64,000 nucleotides of DNA from Planctomycetes bacterium UBA1146 (GTDB taxonomy: Bacteria; Planctomycetota; UBA8108; UBA1146), in NCBI GenBank assembly GCA_002311345.1, contig DCAA01000026.1, positions 214,829 through 278,828 of the forward strand. Direction: 5' to 3'. The notes beneath the pieces were generated by a model. The model saw nothing but the letters and a program-made list of their open reading frames with translations. It was not told the DNA's origin and made no database searches. Below are positions 17,813-30,237 of this stretch, piece by piece. Within the stretch, counting starts at the first letter, position 1. Each line of letters starts with the position of its first letter. The position numbers and the translations under genes are program-made.

Positions 17813-20212
17813 ATGAAGAAGATCGATCAGTTGTTTCTGAAAGCCGCCCACAAGAAAGGGCTGCTCGATGACGCAGGAGTGACACAGATTGCAGATTCCC
17901 TGACCGAAGAGGGAGATGCAGCCTCTGCTGCGGTCGCGGCTGGCTTGATGACCCAGGGGCAGTCGCAACGACTTCTCACCAGCATCGAGTCCTCGGTGCC
18001 ACCCGAAGGAATTCCAGGATACGAAATCCTTTCTCCGATCGGTAGGGGTGCTACCAGTACTGTGTGGAAGGCACGGCAAGAATCTCTAGGAAAGATCGTT
18101 GCGCTGAAGATCTTATCGACCTCCATCTCGAGCACGACCCAACCGGAACAATTGATCTCGGAGGCACGAAATGCTGCCCTGCTCAATCATCCCCACATCG
18201 TTCATGCACTCGATGCTGGAGTCTCGAATGGAAATTGCTGGTTCGCGATGGAACTCGTCGAGGGAGAAACTCTCCAGCAACAACTGACACGTAGAGGAGC
18301 ACTCTCCGAACGTGAAGTGATTGAACTGGCACTTTGTTTGACCAAGGGTCTTGCGCATGCCCACAATGCAGGACTTCTGCATAGAGATCTGAAGCCCGCA
18401 AATATCCTGATTTCCGAAGATGGTATCCCCAAGATCACAGATCTCGGACTCGCTCTCGCCGAGCATGAAGTGATGGAACTCGATAGTTCCGAGAAAAGGA
18501 AAGGTACTCCTCATTACATCTCTCCTGAGCAGATAAAAGGCGAGACTCTCGATGTACGTACTGATCTCTACTCGCTTGGTGCAACCCTGTATCACTGCCT
18601 CACCGGACAACCTCCTTTCCAGGGAAAGACGAACCACGAAATCCTGAAAAAGCACATTCAGGAAGAAGTGATCCCCGTCGCTACCATTTCTTGTAAGGAA
18701 ACACCTCTCGATGCCATCGTCGAGAAACTCCTTTCGAAGACGCCAGATCAACGATTCGCAACCGCAGACCAGTTGATCGCAGCGCTCGAAAATGCATCGG
18801 GCAACGAAAGCACGGGAACTCCCACCGCTCCTCGACGAGGCCGATCCAAGATCCACGTGATCTCTGCAACAAACAGAAAGAGGGTCGTGGGAGGCGCCTC
18901 CAGAGCATCCCTCCACAGTCGCAAGACCATGATGACGAAGATCGGGATCGGTGCTGGTCTTGTCATCTCAGCACTACTGATTCTCTCCGCTTTTTCCAAG
19001 GCGAATGAAGGATCTCCCGATTTCGGGACGACTCTCGCTGACCACAGGTCGTTGATAGCCCAGCAAAAAATAGAAAAACGAATGGACGAATCGGAAAAGG
19101 ACAGGAAACGTCAAGAGGAGTCCGCACAGACGCTGCTCGATTCCATCCTGGCTCAGGATCAGGAACTGCGAATTCGGGCTCTTCGAAAAGCACTACGGTC
19201 TTACGGCGCAACACGAGTTGCAGTACAGATGACCGTTGAGCTGGATCGAGCCCAGGGTGAAATTGTCCAGTCCCGGCAGGCAGATGCACGGACCATCCTG
19301 GAAGAGGCCCGTACGATGGCCTCCGCTGGAAAACTGTGGGGCGCGGTAAAGCTACTCGATGAGAGACCACGATCTGCTCGACGCGATCAGGACCTCAATA
19401 ATGAGATCGAAATATTGCTCTCTGTCTGGGAAGAAGAAATCGATTCTCGATTTCTGCAGGACCGACAAAAGATCGATTTTCTGCGCAGCAAGAGAGAATA
19501 CAGCGAGGCCCTCACACTCATCGACGAGATCGAGCAATACGCTGATCCAGACACCATTGCGGAATTGACAGGTCTGCGGGAACAGATCATCGCAGCACGT
19601 ACTGAACTTGCTCGTGTGGAGGCAGAACGGCGGCGAACAGAGGAACTGCGCAAGTACATGGAGATCTGGCCCCGGTACAAGGATCTCGCCCTCGAGCGAG
19701 ATTTCAAGGGGATGATCAGTGTCTCGGTGGGCCTGGAGGCTGAACTGATCGTGGCAGAAGTGAAGAACCGGATCGAAATCGATCTGCTTGCTTTTGGGGT
19801 GCTCGACAAATTCATCAAGGAGGCACTACAGGAACTTCGAGAGAAGGGTGAGGACGGCAAGGAAGTTGTCGTGGAACGCATCCCACTCGGAGAAAGCACC
19901 CGCAACCGCAAAGATCGGGGTGTGGTGGATCGCATCGATACAGTTCACGTGTGGATTCGCCTCACCGCCGAGCGAGCTGTAATTCCGCTAAAAATCAGCG
20001 AGATCACCGATGCGTTCCTGTTCGATCAGGTCGCCGAGAGACATGGCAGTAGTAGCCCCGATTACCTGATCCCCATGGGGATTCTATCGATATATCGAGG
20101 GCTCGAGGATGTCGCGGAAGAGAACTTCAAAATCGTCGAAGAAAAAGGAACGCGCCCCGATACATGGATCGAACTTCTGAACTGGGTGAAAAAGAACGTC
20201 ACTAACCCCTGA
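17813..20212 (+). CDS. Membrane-spanning Ser/Thr protein kinase with large C-terminal extracytoplasmic coiled-coil-rich domain
   Basis: Hanks kinase motifs (GRGATSTVWKA…VALK, HRDLKPANIL, DLGLA, SPEQ); a TM helix (IGIGAGLVISALLILSAF) about aa 380; ~400 aa follow. Confidence 0.85.
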   Translation: MKKIDQLFLKAAHKKGLLDDAGVTQIADSLTEEGDAASAAVAAGLMTQGQSQRLLTSIESSVPPEGIPGYEILSPIGRGATSTVWKARQESLGKIVALKILSTSISSTTQPEQLISEARNAALLNHPHIVHALDAGVSNGNCWFAMELVEGETLQQQLTRRGALSEREVIELALCLTKGLAHAHNAGLLHRDLKPANILISEDGIPKITDLGLALAEHEVMELDSSEKRKGTPHYISPEQIKGETLDVRTDLYSLGATLYHCLTGQPPFQGKTNHEILKKHIQEEVIPVATISCKETPLDAIVEKLLSKTPDQRFATADQLIAALENASGNESTGTPTAPRRGRSKIHVISATNRKRVVGGASRASLHSRKTMMTKIGIGAGLVISALLILSAFSKANEGSPDFGTTLADHRSLIAQQKIEKRMDESEKDRKRQEESAQTLLDSILAQDQELRIRALRKALRSYGATRVAVQMTVELDRAQGEIVQSRQADARTILEEARTMASAGKLWGAVKLLDERPRSARRDQDLNNEIEILLSVWEEEIDSRFLQDRQKIDFLRSKREYSEALTLIDEIEQYADPDTIAELTGLREQIIAARTELARVEAERRRTEELRKYMEIWPRYKDLALERDFKGMISVSVGLEAELIVAEVKNRIEIDLLAFGVLDKFIKEALQELREKGEDGKEVVVERIPLGESTRNRKDRGVVDRIDTVHVWIRLTAERAVIPLKISEITDAFLFDQVAERHGSSSPDYLIPMGILSIYRGLEDVAEENFKIVEEKGTRPDTWIELLNWVKKNVTNP

Positions 20213-20812
20213 TCAATTATCGAGTAGAGGCGAGATCCGCTCCCAGTCACCGGGGTCATCGATATCTTCCAGGAGAAGTGCGTTTTCGCTGACGACGTGT
20301 TGAATCCGCATGTCATCGGACGAAATCAGGGCTCGGAGATGGGGAGGACCAGCCTTTTCCAGCAACCTCCTTGCCTTCTCACGTCTCAGCAACAGCGGAT
20401 GCCCTCGCTTCAGCTGGTGAGATACCACCCATGCATCAAAAGCATCTCCATCGCGCCGGTAAGACTCGATGAGATCGGAGACATCTCCCGCCCGCACACC
20501 CGCTACATCGACCGGATGAATCAGAATCGCGTCCCACTCGCCAGGAAATCTCAGGGCAACACGGATGCTACTGATCGGTCCATCTGTGGGATCCTCATTG
20601 ACGATCGACAGGACTCCTATTCGTTTCGATTCCGTCTCGATCAGCTCCTGGTGAGTCCCCCCGCAAACAACCAACAACTCATCACACCCCCCGGAAGAAA
20701 GAGCAAATGACACTCTCTCCAGTACCGTACGATCCTGGTACTCCAGTAGTGCCTTGGGTGAACCAAATCGACTCGACTCTCCGGCAGCGATGATGACTCC
20801 ACGGACCCTCAC
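20213..20812 (-). CDS. MobA/MocA-like nucleotidyltransferase (NTP_transf_3 fold)
   Basis: GVIIAAGESSRFGSPKALL… motif. Proposed GTG start at 20812 overlaps the upstream DinG-like gene's TGA as GTGA; the ORF track's longer start at 20878 lies inside the upstream gene. Confidence 0.65.
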   Translation of the reverse strand: MRVRGVIIAAGESSRFGSPKALLEYQDRTVLERVSFALSSGGCDELLVVCGGTHQELIETESKRIGVLSIVNEDPTDGPISSIRVALRFPGEWDAILIHPVDVAGVRAGDVSDLIESYRRDGDAFDAWVVSHQLKRGHPLLLRREKARRLLEKAGPPHLRALISSDDMRIQHVVSENALLLEDIDDPGDWERISPLLDN

Positions 20813-23367
20813 TGGAGCGACTCCTCGATCTCCTCTTCTGCGAAGAAGGCCTCGAGAGAGGTTCGAACATCCACCCATGGGCCCTCCGACCGACTGCAGT
20901 CCGGAAGACTATCGATGAAGCGTTTGCCATAGGGTCGCCGGACGATCCTGGTATCGGCGATCACTACCACTCCACGATCATCGACGGTACGAATCAATCG
21001 TCCAAATCCCTGCCTCAGTCCGAGAACCGCCCTCGGCAGGGCCAGGTGAGCAAACGGACTCTTGCCGCGGGATTTCAGTTCCTCGGCACGACCTTGTTCG
21101 AGAGGATGATGAGGTATTCTGAAAGGGAGCCTCGTGATGAAGACACAAGAGAGCGCTCCTCCGGGTACATCGATCCCTTCCCAGTACGACTGGTTTCCCA
21201 GCAATACCGCTCGCCCGGATGCAACAAATCTGCGCAGCAGTTCACTCCTGGGCTGCTCCCCTTGAACCAACAACGGCATACCAAGTGCCTGAAAACTGTC
21301 GCGCACACGTTGGGCTATACGCCGTAAGAATCTGTGAGAGGTAAACAGTCCGAAGGTTCTTCCGCTGGCCACTCGCGCCGTATCCACGATCATCTCAGCG
21401 ATACGCTGCTCGTAACCTGATCTGTCTGGTTCGGGAACATCCGTGGGAAGACCGAGCAAGACCTGCCTCTTCCATTCGAAAGGAGATGAGAAATTTTCCA
21501 GTCGAAGTCTCCCCCTCTCGACCCGTTCCCATCCGAGCCGATCCGCGAGAAAACTCCACGACTCTCCCACCCTGAGCGTCGCACTGGTCTGGATCACCGT
21601 GGCAACTGGCCGATACAGGTGTTCTGCAAGCAGTTCATCGACACGTAGAGGCGCCGCTTTCACGACGATCTGCTTGTGAGGTTGGGTGGTCATCTCGACC
21701 CACGGCTGGATTCCTCCTGCTGCCCCGAGGACAAAATCGATTGAAGAGATCTGCTCCACCACTGACCGGATCGCCGCCCTCAATTCCGCAACTGCAGCCT
21801 GAAACTCAACCTCGGGCTCGAACGGGGACTCCTCCAGCAATTCCGCACATCGCTGCAACAACCCCCGGAGATCATCCAGGCTGTCTTTTGCATCGATGAG
21901 GGGAGGGGAGACCACCGTCATCGGGAGCATTCCATCTCGTTCACCGATCCGCGCCATCAATGAACCATCACGTCCTTGGGTATCCCCCACGAGTTGTGCC
22001 GCGTCGCGAATTCGGTTCTCGAGTCTCTCCAGCGCCGTTTCGATCTCCTGTCGAACCGATTTCACACGAGGCATCACTTCCATCGAGAGTAGTTCATGCG
22101 CCTCTGCTTGCTGATGTCGGCCGAGATGACCTCTTAGCCACGGGATACGACCTCTCTCTTGGCTGTTTTTCTTGCGAGGAGAAACCAGCCTACCGAGCAC
22201 CTGGAGGAGACCTTTCCGTGAAACTTCCGCACCGAGGTGATGGCAGGCGACTTCCTCCAGATGGTGTGCCTCGTCGAAGATGATTCGCTGATATCCCGGA
22301 ATCACCAGGTCGCTATCGAAATCCCCGGAAGAACGACGCAGTTTGAGATCAGCAAAGAGAAGATGATGGTTGACCACCACCACATGGGCGCCAAACGACT
22401 TGCGACGCGCCTCGTAATAGAAACAGGTGCGGTAATGCGGGCAACGCGCCTTGAGAGATTGATCGGATGTAGACTGGAAGTCGGACCAGATCTCGTCAGG
22501 AACCTCCCCCGGCATCTCTTGCCTAGTCCCCTGCTTCGCTTCGCGCAGACGATCGATGACATCAGCAACCCAACTCTCTCGCTCCTCGCCTTCAGCAAAG
22601 ATCTCGGGTTCGGATGCAACCTGTTGTGTTTTTCGACGACAGGCGTAATTGCCCCGACCCTGGATGAGAGCGTATCGAAAATCGATGCCGAGAACCCTAT
22701 GGAGTGTGGGGAGATCGCGATGAACCAGTTGTTCTCCAAGCGGAATTGTGGCAGTCGAGACCACAACGCGACTGTGGTTTTTCACCGCCCACAGGATTGC
22801 CGGCACCAGGTAGGCATAGGACTTTCCGACTCCTGTTCCCGCCTCGAGTGCCGCAACATCTCCATCATTGAGAGCACGAGCTACTGATTTCGACATCTCA
22901 ACCTGGCCAGGTCTCTCCTCGAAATCTGGAATGGAACTGGAGAAGACCCCGCCGGAACAGAAGATATCTTCGATCTCCTTTTCCTCCACCGGAGATTCTT
23001 CCTGCTCAGGAAATGGTTCGACAACCCGGTTCACCCTGCCGCCGTCATTACTGACGATGAAAAAACCCAGTCGACGAGCACCCGCTTCCGCTGCGATGGA
23101 GAGATCTGCCGGACTCGGCGTCAGATCGCCGCCGGGATGGTTGTGGATGAGAACCTGGAACCCCTCCTCTGCCCGAGACAGAAAAACGGGTACTGCAGTA
23201 GACGACCCGCGCGCCACTACCAGGGTCTCGTCGAGCAAACCTTGATCATCGATGCGACCAAGGAAGAAGACCTCGTTATCGCCCGCTTTCTCGATCTCGT
23301 CGGAGATTTTCTGGCGGATCCCAGGAGCAAAGAGAGGAGTGCTGTCGAGTCCTTCGGTCCAGCTCAA
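20809..23367 (-). CDS. Fusion protein: N-terminal RadC-like JAB/MPN domain plus DinG/Rad3-family (XPD-like) DNA helicase
   Basis: N-terminal E…HNHPGGDLTPSPAD (JAMM HxHx7Sx2D) in a RadC-like context; then Walker A LEAGTGVGKSY, DEAH box IIFDEAHHLEE and C-terminal helicase motifs; 852 aa. Confidence 0.8.
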   Translation of the reverse strand: MSWTEGLDSTPLFAPGIRQKISDEIEKAGDNEVFFLGRIDDQGLLDETLVVARGSSTAVPVFLSRAEEGFQVLIHNHPGGDLTPSPADLSIAAEAGARRLGFFIVSNDGGRVNRVVEPFPEQEESPVEEKEIEDIFCSGGVFSSSIPDFEERPGQVEMSKSVARALNDGDVAALEAGTGVGKSYAYLVPAILWAVKNHSRVVVSTATIPLGEQLVHRDLPTLHRVLGIDFRYALIQGRGNYACRRKTQQVASEPEIFAEGEERESWVADVIDRLREAKQGTRQEMPGEVPDEIWSDFQSTSDQSLKARCPHYRTCFYYEARRKSFGAHVVVVNHHLLFADLKLRRSSGDFDSDLVIPGYQRIIFDEAHHLEEVACHHLGAEVSRKGLLQVLGRLVSPRKKNSQERGRIPWLRGHLGRHQQAEAHELLSMEVMPRVKSVRQEIETALERLENRIRDAAQLVGDTQGRDGSLMARIGERDGMLPMTVVSPPLIDAKDSLDDLRGLLQRCAELLEESPFEPEVEFQAAVAELRAAIRSVVEQISSIDFVLGAAGGIQPWVEMTTQPHKQIVVKAAPLRVDELLAEHLYRPVATVIQTSATLRVGESWSFLADRLGWERVERGRLRLENFSSPFEWKRQVLLGLPTDVPEPDRSGYEQRIAEMIVDTARVASGRTFGLFTSHRFLRRIAQRVRDSFQALGMPLLVQGEQPRSELLRRFVASGRAVLLGNQSYWEGIDVPGGALSCVFITRLPFRIPHHPLEQGRAEELKSRGKSPFAHLALPRAVLGLRQGFGRLIRTVDDRGVVVIADTRIVRRPYGKRFIDSLPDCSRSEGPWVDVRTSLEAFFAEEEIEESLQ

Positions 23368-23453
23368 GTCAGAGCCCCCTCCCCAGGATGGTGAGAAGCA
23401 TCTTCGTCGGCGCCCACCTCTACGGCAAGCCTACCTGTACCATTTCCCGGGAT

Positions 23454-23494
23454 GAGAAAACTCCCTGCCAGGAATCGAGATTCCTGGCAGGGAG
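23454..23494 (-). terminator. Rho-independent terminator for the upstream secreted-protein gene
   Basis: Perfect 34-nt palindrome CTCCCTGCCAGGAATC-GA-GATTCCTGGCAGGGAG (23461-23494), followed on the minus strand by TTTTCTC. Confidence 0.65.
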
Positions 23495-23533
23495 TCGCTC
23501 TCGACCGAAGTCCACTACCGTTGGGTACGGGCC

Positions 23534-25288
23534 TTAACACCCGCCAGTCGGCGTAACGCAGTCAAGGGCATCAGTGTCAGTCGGATCGATTCCGCAGTTA
23601 TCTCCCGGTGGCGGGGCATCTGGCCCACCCGTGAAGAGGAAACCGAGCAGGTAGATCGCATCGGCGATGTTCACTGCGCCATCGTCGTTTACATCTGCAG
23701 CATCGAAACAACCGGGAGCAGTGCCATTGGTGAAGAGGAATCCGAGCATGAAGATCGCATCGGCGATGTTCCTGGCTCCATCAGAGTTGACATCGCCTCG
23801 ACGGAACTCGATACCGCCTGGATTACAGATGGCAGCGCAGTCCGGATCATCGCAATCGATCAGACCATCCCCATCATCATCGACGCCGTTGGAGCAATCC
23901 TCGACAGGGCCACCGGGGTCCGGAGGCGAACTGTGGTACAACTGGCAAGTGATACCGGCAAATGTGAACACCGCCGAGTAGGACTCGAAGACTCCGTCCA
24001 TGTCGGCATCGACATCCGGAAGAATGCCGAAAGCAGTGAGCAAGTCCACCAGCGTCCCCTGGAAGGGAGCCGGAGCCGGCTGTGTCTCCAGGAATGCCTG
24101 GGTGAGGAACGCTTCAATCTCGTCGCTCTGGAATTGGTAGGTTCCTGCAAAAGGTCCGGGGAAGAAATCGGCTTCCACGGTCAGGCCCTTGAGCGGGATT
24201 CCCGCCACGTAGATCGTTCCCGGACCGGCGGTCATATGGCTATCGACGATGGTGCCACCGGGAAAACTCGAGGTAGGATCTCCCGTGATCGGATCGTAAC
24301 CAGCTGGATCGACCACGAACTCGTTGAATCCCGAGGCATCGTTGGTCGGATCCTGGTCGAGGTCGAAACCACCATGAGCACTCAGGGTGATGTCGTCATC
24401 ATTGGTGTAGGTCGGATCATCCAGTTCTGTCACTTCCAGCAGGAAGGGGAACTCGGCCAGATTCGAGGCGAGAATATCGTTCAGTCCCGCAGTGATGGTC
24501 GGGTCCGATCCTAGAATCCCACCCACCACGATCTGCTCAGTTGCCACAAAGCCTTGTGTGGAAGGAATGTAGGAGTAGTAGAGGGTGCAAGAGATACCGG
24601 CAAAGGTGAAGACAGCAGAGTAAGACTCGTTGTTTCCGTCATTGTCGGCATCGATATCCGGCAGAATGCCGAAAGCAGTCAGCAAGTCCACTATGCTGCC
24701 GGTGAAGGGTGCCGGAGCCGGCAGTGTTTCCAGGAATTCCTGGGTGAGGAACGCCGAGGTCTCGGTGCTCTGGAACTCGTACACTCCTGGGGTGCCAGTT
24801 TCCGTGAAATCCGCCTCCACGGTCAGATCATTGAGTGGAATCCCTCCCACGATGATGGTTCCCGGTCCGGCGGTCAGATGGCTATCGACGAGGGTCCCAT
24901 TGGGGAAACTCGAGATCGCATCTCCCGTGGCCGGATCGTAATCGAGGGGATCGATCACAAACTCGTTCTCGCCAGAACCATTGTTGGTATTATCACCGTC
25001 AAGGTCGATTCCCCCGAAAACATTCAGGGTGATGTTGTCGTCGTTGGTATAGGTCGGATCATCGAGATCCGCCACTTCAAGAAGAAAAGGAGAGCTCAAC
25101 AGTCGAGCAGCAAGAAGGTCGTTCAAACCTGCAGTGATGGTCGGATCCGATCCGAGGATCCCTCCCACTACGATCTGCTCGGTCGCCACGAGCCCAGGAC
25201 GACCCAATTGCGCGAAACTCTCGTTTGGAGCCAGAATCGTGAGAACAAAGGCAACTGGAACAAGTGCAAAGATGGTTCTACGGATCAT
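23534..25288 (-). CDS. Secreted protein with two tandem ~215-aa repeat domains, a Cys/Asp-rich motif and two dockerin-type (EF-hand-like) repeats
   Basis: Signal peptide; repeats beginning G[LF]VATEQIVVGGILGSDPTITAGLND…; CSNGVDDDGDGLIDCDDPDC; GDVNSDGARNIADAIFMLGFLF and ADVNDDGAVNIADAIYLLGFLF; GGAGG Shine-Dalgarno. Confidence 0.7.
   Translation of the reverse strand: MIRRTIFALVPVAFVLTILAPNESFAQLGRPGLVATEQIVVGGILGSDPTITAGLNDLLAARLLSSPFLLEVADLDDPTYTNDDNITLNVFGGIDLDGDNTNNGSGENEFVIDPLDYDPATGDAISSFPNGTLVDSHLTAGPGTIIVGGIPLNDLTVEADFTETGTPGVYEFQSTETSAFLTQEFLETLPAPAPFTGSIVDLLTAFGILPDIDADNDGNNESYSAVFTFAGISCTLYYSYIPSTQGFVATEQIVVGGILGSDPTITAGLNDILASNLAEFPFLLEVTELDDPTYTNDDDITLSAHGGFDLDQDPTNDASGFNEFVVDPAGYDPITGDPTSSFPGGTIVDSHMTAGPGTIYVAGIPLKGLTVEADFFPGPFAGTYQFQSDEIEAFLTQAFLETQPAPAPFQGTLVDLLTAFGILPDVDADMDGVFESYSAVFTFAGITCQLYHSSPPDPGGPVEDCSNGVDDDGDGLIDCDDPDCAAICNPGGIEFRRGDVNSDGARNIADAIFMLGFLFTNGTAPGCFDAADVNDDGAVNIADAIYLLGFLFTGGPDAPPPGDNCGIDPTDTDALDCVTPTGGC
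23924..25195. repeat. Intragenic tandem direct duplication (two units of ~640 bp) inside the secreted-protein gene
   Basis: Protein repeats aa 32-246 and 247-455 are highly similar; antisense ORFs 23933-24514 and 24554-25369 mirror each other. Confidence 0.5.
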
Positions 25289-25467
25289 GAATCCTCCTCA
25301 TCGGAAATATGTATCGCTTTGAGATCTACCAGATCTTCAATCTTCCTGGATGATGGCGACTGCCGATAGTCACTATCTTTTTGTGCTGGTGAGACTGGTA
25401 CCCATCGAACACGGCGGACACCCTTCGGAGACCACCCCAAGTCCTTATCCATAAAGGGTTTCAGTCG

Positions 25468-25731
25468 TCAATCCTCAGTCAAAACCTCAGCCAGAATTGA
25501 AGCGTGATTGTCGAGCATCTCCAGGAATCCACCACTAACCTGCCATTTTCGATCATCCTGTCCTTCAATGCGAATTCGCAGCGGTCCATCTCCAAGAGCC
25601 GTGATGATGGGAGCGTGATTCGGCAGAATTCCCAGGCGACCATCGAGTGCATGGGCTTCGATAAAAGTAACTTCACCCTCGAAAATCGATCCCTCCGGAG
25701 AGAGTACCGAACAGTGGATCGTGTCGGCCAT
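25468..25731 (-). CDS. atpC: F1 ATP synthase epsilon subunit, short form (beta-sandwich only, 87 aa)
   Basis: Downstream of atpD; N-terminal epsilon fold sequence; no C-terminal helical hairpin. Confidence 0.8.
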   Translation of the reverse strand: MADTIHCSVLSPEGSIFEGEVTFIEAHALDGRLGILPNHAPIITALGDGPLRIRIEGQDDRKWQVSGGFLEMLDNHASILAEVLTED

Positions 25732-25735
25732 CGAC

Positions 25736-28112
<2,377 letters not shown>

Positions 28113-28130
28113 TGGTTACTCCTCGCCCGG

Positions 28131-29654
28131 CTAGTTCTGAGGCTGCTGGGCGCTGAAATCCTTGGTAAAGTTTCCGACGACCGAATCCAAACTCGCTTCG
28201 ATCTCCTCGGAGATCTCTCCGCTACTGGAAATTCCCTCGAGAATCTCGGGGAACTCGTCACGAACATACGCCAGCAATGCCTCTTCGTACGCCGCCAGGC
28301 TGTTGACGGGGAGATCATCGAGATGGCCCTTGGAACCACACCAGATGATCACCACCTGTTCAGCGATGGGCATCGGCTTGTACTGGGGCTGCTTGAGGAT
28401 CTCCACCATGCGGAATCCTCGATCGAGCTGAGCCTGGGTCGCCTTGTCTAGATCAGTGCCCAGCTGGGCAAAGGCTTCCAGCTCACGGAATGCAGAGAGG
28501 TCGAGTCGAAGAGATCCCGCGATCTTCTTCATCGCCTTGATCTGGGCGCTTCCTCCCACTCGAGAGACAGAGATCCCGACATTCACAGCCGGACGCTGCC
28601 CAGCATAGAACAGGTTCGGCTCCAGATAGATCTGGCCATCGGTGATCGAAATCACGTTGGTCGGGATATATGCGGAGACTTCCCCTTCCTGGGTTTCGAT
28701 CACTGGCAGAGCGGTCATCGAGCCACCCCCGAGATCATCGGAGAGTTTCGCGGCCCGTTCGAGCAGGCGCGAATGTAAGTAGAAGACATCCCCTGGGTAA
28801 GCCTCTCGTCCCGGAGGACGACGTAGAAGCAAGGACAGTTGCCGATATGCAGCAGCCTGCTTGGAGAGATCATCATAGACGCACAAGGTGTGTCCGCCTT
28901 TGTACATGAAGTACTCGGCCATCGCAGCACCCGAGTAAGGTGCTATGTATTGCAGCGGAGCGGGACAGGAAGCCGGAGCACTGACCACGATGGTGTAATC
29001 CATCGCACCATCACGCTTGAGCCGGTCCACCACGCCTGCAACCGTCGAACCCTTTTGCCCGATGGCAACGTAGACACAGATCACATCTCCGCCACGCTGA
29101 TTGATGATGGTATCGATGGCAATTGCGGTCTTGCCGATTCCACGGTCCCCGATGATCAACTCTCGCTGACCCCGACCGATGGGAATCGTTGAATCGATCG
29201 CCTTGATCCCGGTTTGCAGTGGCTGGTGCACGGATCTCCGATCCGCAATTCCAGGAGCAGGAGATTCCACAGGACGGAAATGCTTGGTCTTGATCGGACC
29301 TTTCCCGTCGATCGGGTTCCCGAGTGGGTCAACCACACGCCCGAGCATCGCTTCGCCGCAGGGGACCTGCATCACGGTTCCGGTTCTCTTGACCTCGTCA
29401 CCCTCCTTGAGGGTCGCGAACTCACCGAGAATCACCGCTCCGATGGAGTTTTCTTCGAGGTTGAAGGCAAGGCCATTGGCCCCGTTCGCGAACGTCAGCA
29501 TCTCTCCTGCCATGCAATTTGAGATGCCGTAGATCCTCGCGATTCCATCTCCCACCTCGAGTACAGTTCCAACTTCGTCTACCGCGAGGTCAGACTGATA
29601 GTTTTCGATCTCCTTCTTGAGTATTGAGGAGATCTCGTCAGCATTAATTTTCAT
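28131..29654 (-). CDS. atpA: F1 ATP synthase alpha subunit
   Basis: GDRGIGKT P-loop, 507 aa. Confidence 0.95.
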   Translation of the reverse strand: MKINADEISSILKKEIENYQSDLAVDEVGTVLEVGDGIARIYGISNCMAGEMLTFANGANGLAFNLEENSIGAVILGEFATLKEGDEVKRTGTVMQVPCGEAMLGRVVDPLGNPIDGKGPIKTKHFRPVESPAPGIADRRSVHQPLQTGIKAIDSTIPIGRGQRELIIGDRGIGKTAIAIDTIINQRGGDVICVYVAIGQKGSTVAGVVDRLKRDGAMDYTIVVSAPASCPAPLQYIAPYSGAAMAEYFMYKGGHTLCVYDDLSKQAAAYRQLSLLLRRPPGREAYPGDVFYLHSRLLERAAKLSDDLGGGSMTALPVIETQEGEVSAYIPTNVISITDGQIYLEPNLFYAGQRPAVNVGISVSRVGGSAQIKAMKKIAGSLRLDLSAFRELEAFAQLGTDLDKATQAQLDRGFRMVEILKQPQYKPMPIAEQVVIIWCGSKGHLDDLPVNSLAAYEEALLAYVRDEFPEILEGISSSGEISEEIEASLDSVVGNFTKDFSAQQPQN

Positions 29655-30228
29655 CGATCAGGTCTTTCCCGAATCGAGTTAGTGACAATTCTTGACGGAT
29701 CTTCTCCAATTGAGTGCGGAGACTTCCGTCTACAACCAAATCACCTATCTGGACGGTCAATCCAGCGAGCAGGTCAGGATCGACCCGTTCGGTCGAAACC
29801 ACTTCCCTGTTCAATTTTTTCGTGATCGCTCCGACGAGAGCTTCTCGAATAGCAGAAGAGAGGCTAGTTGCCGACGTAATTGTGGCATTGACTCTTCCCG
29901 CCATCGCATCCATTCGATCTTTATAAGCATGAGTGATGTCATCGATCAGACCCTGCCTTCCTCGATCGATCAGGATTCGTAACAGATTCAGAACTGGCTC
30001 GGAGACTTGACCTGACAGGGCCTTTTCGATGGCCGCTTTCTTGTCACTTCGCCGAATCTTCGGGCTCTCGAGGAAGATCTGAATCTGCGTATCTTCCTCG
30101 ACGGTCGTGGAGATAGCCTCCAACTGATCCCTGTAGAGATCAGCCTCTTTCTTCTCGATACCCACATCCAGCAATGCACTGGCGTAAGCCTGGGCTACCG
30201 GATGTCGTTGTTTGATGCCTGCTGCCAA
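29644..30228 (-). CDS. atpH: F1 ATP synthase delta (OSCP) subunit
   Basis: 194 aa, OSCP-like, positioned between atpF and atpA. Confidence 0.8.
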   Translation of the reverse strand: MAAGIKQRHPVAQAYASALLDVGIEKKEADLYRDQLEAISTTVEEDTQIQIFLESPKIRRSDKKAAIEKALSGQVSEPVLNLLRILIDRGRQGLIDDITHAYKDRMDAMAGRVNATITSATSLSSAIREALVGAITKKLNREVVSTERVDPDLLAGLTVQIGDLVVDGSLRTQLEKIRQELSLTRFGKDLIDEN

Positions 30229-30237
30229 CGTGAACTC

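Noticed and set aside
18113-18916. 267-aa antisense ORF inside the Ser/Thr kinase gene
   Set aside because: The kinase on the plus strand has all Hanks motifs; the antisense product shows no domain signal.
23933-25369. Two plus-strand ORFs (193 and 271 aa) mirroring each other
   Set aside because: They are antisense shadows of the two tandem repeats inside the secreted dockerin-type gene, not separate genes.
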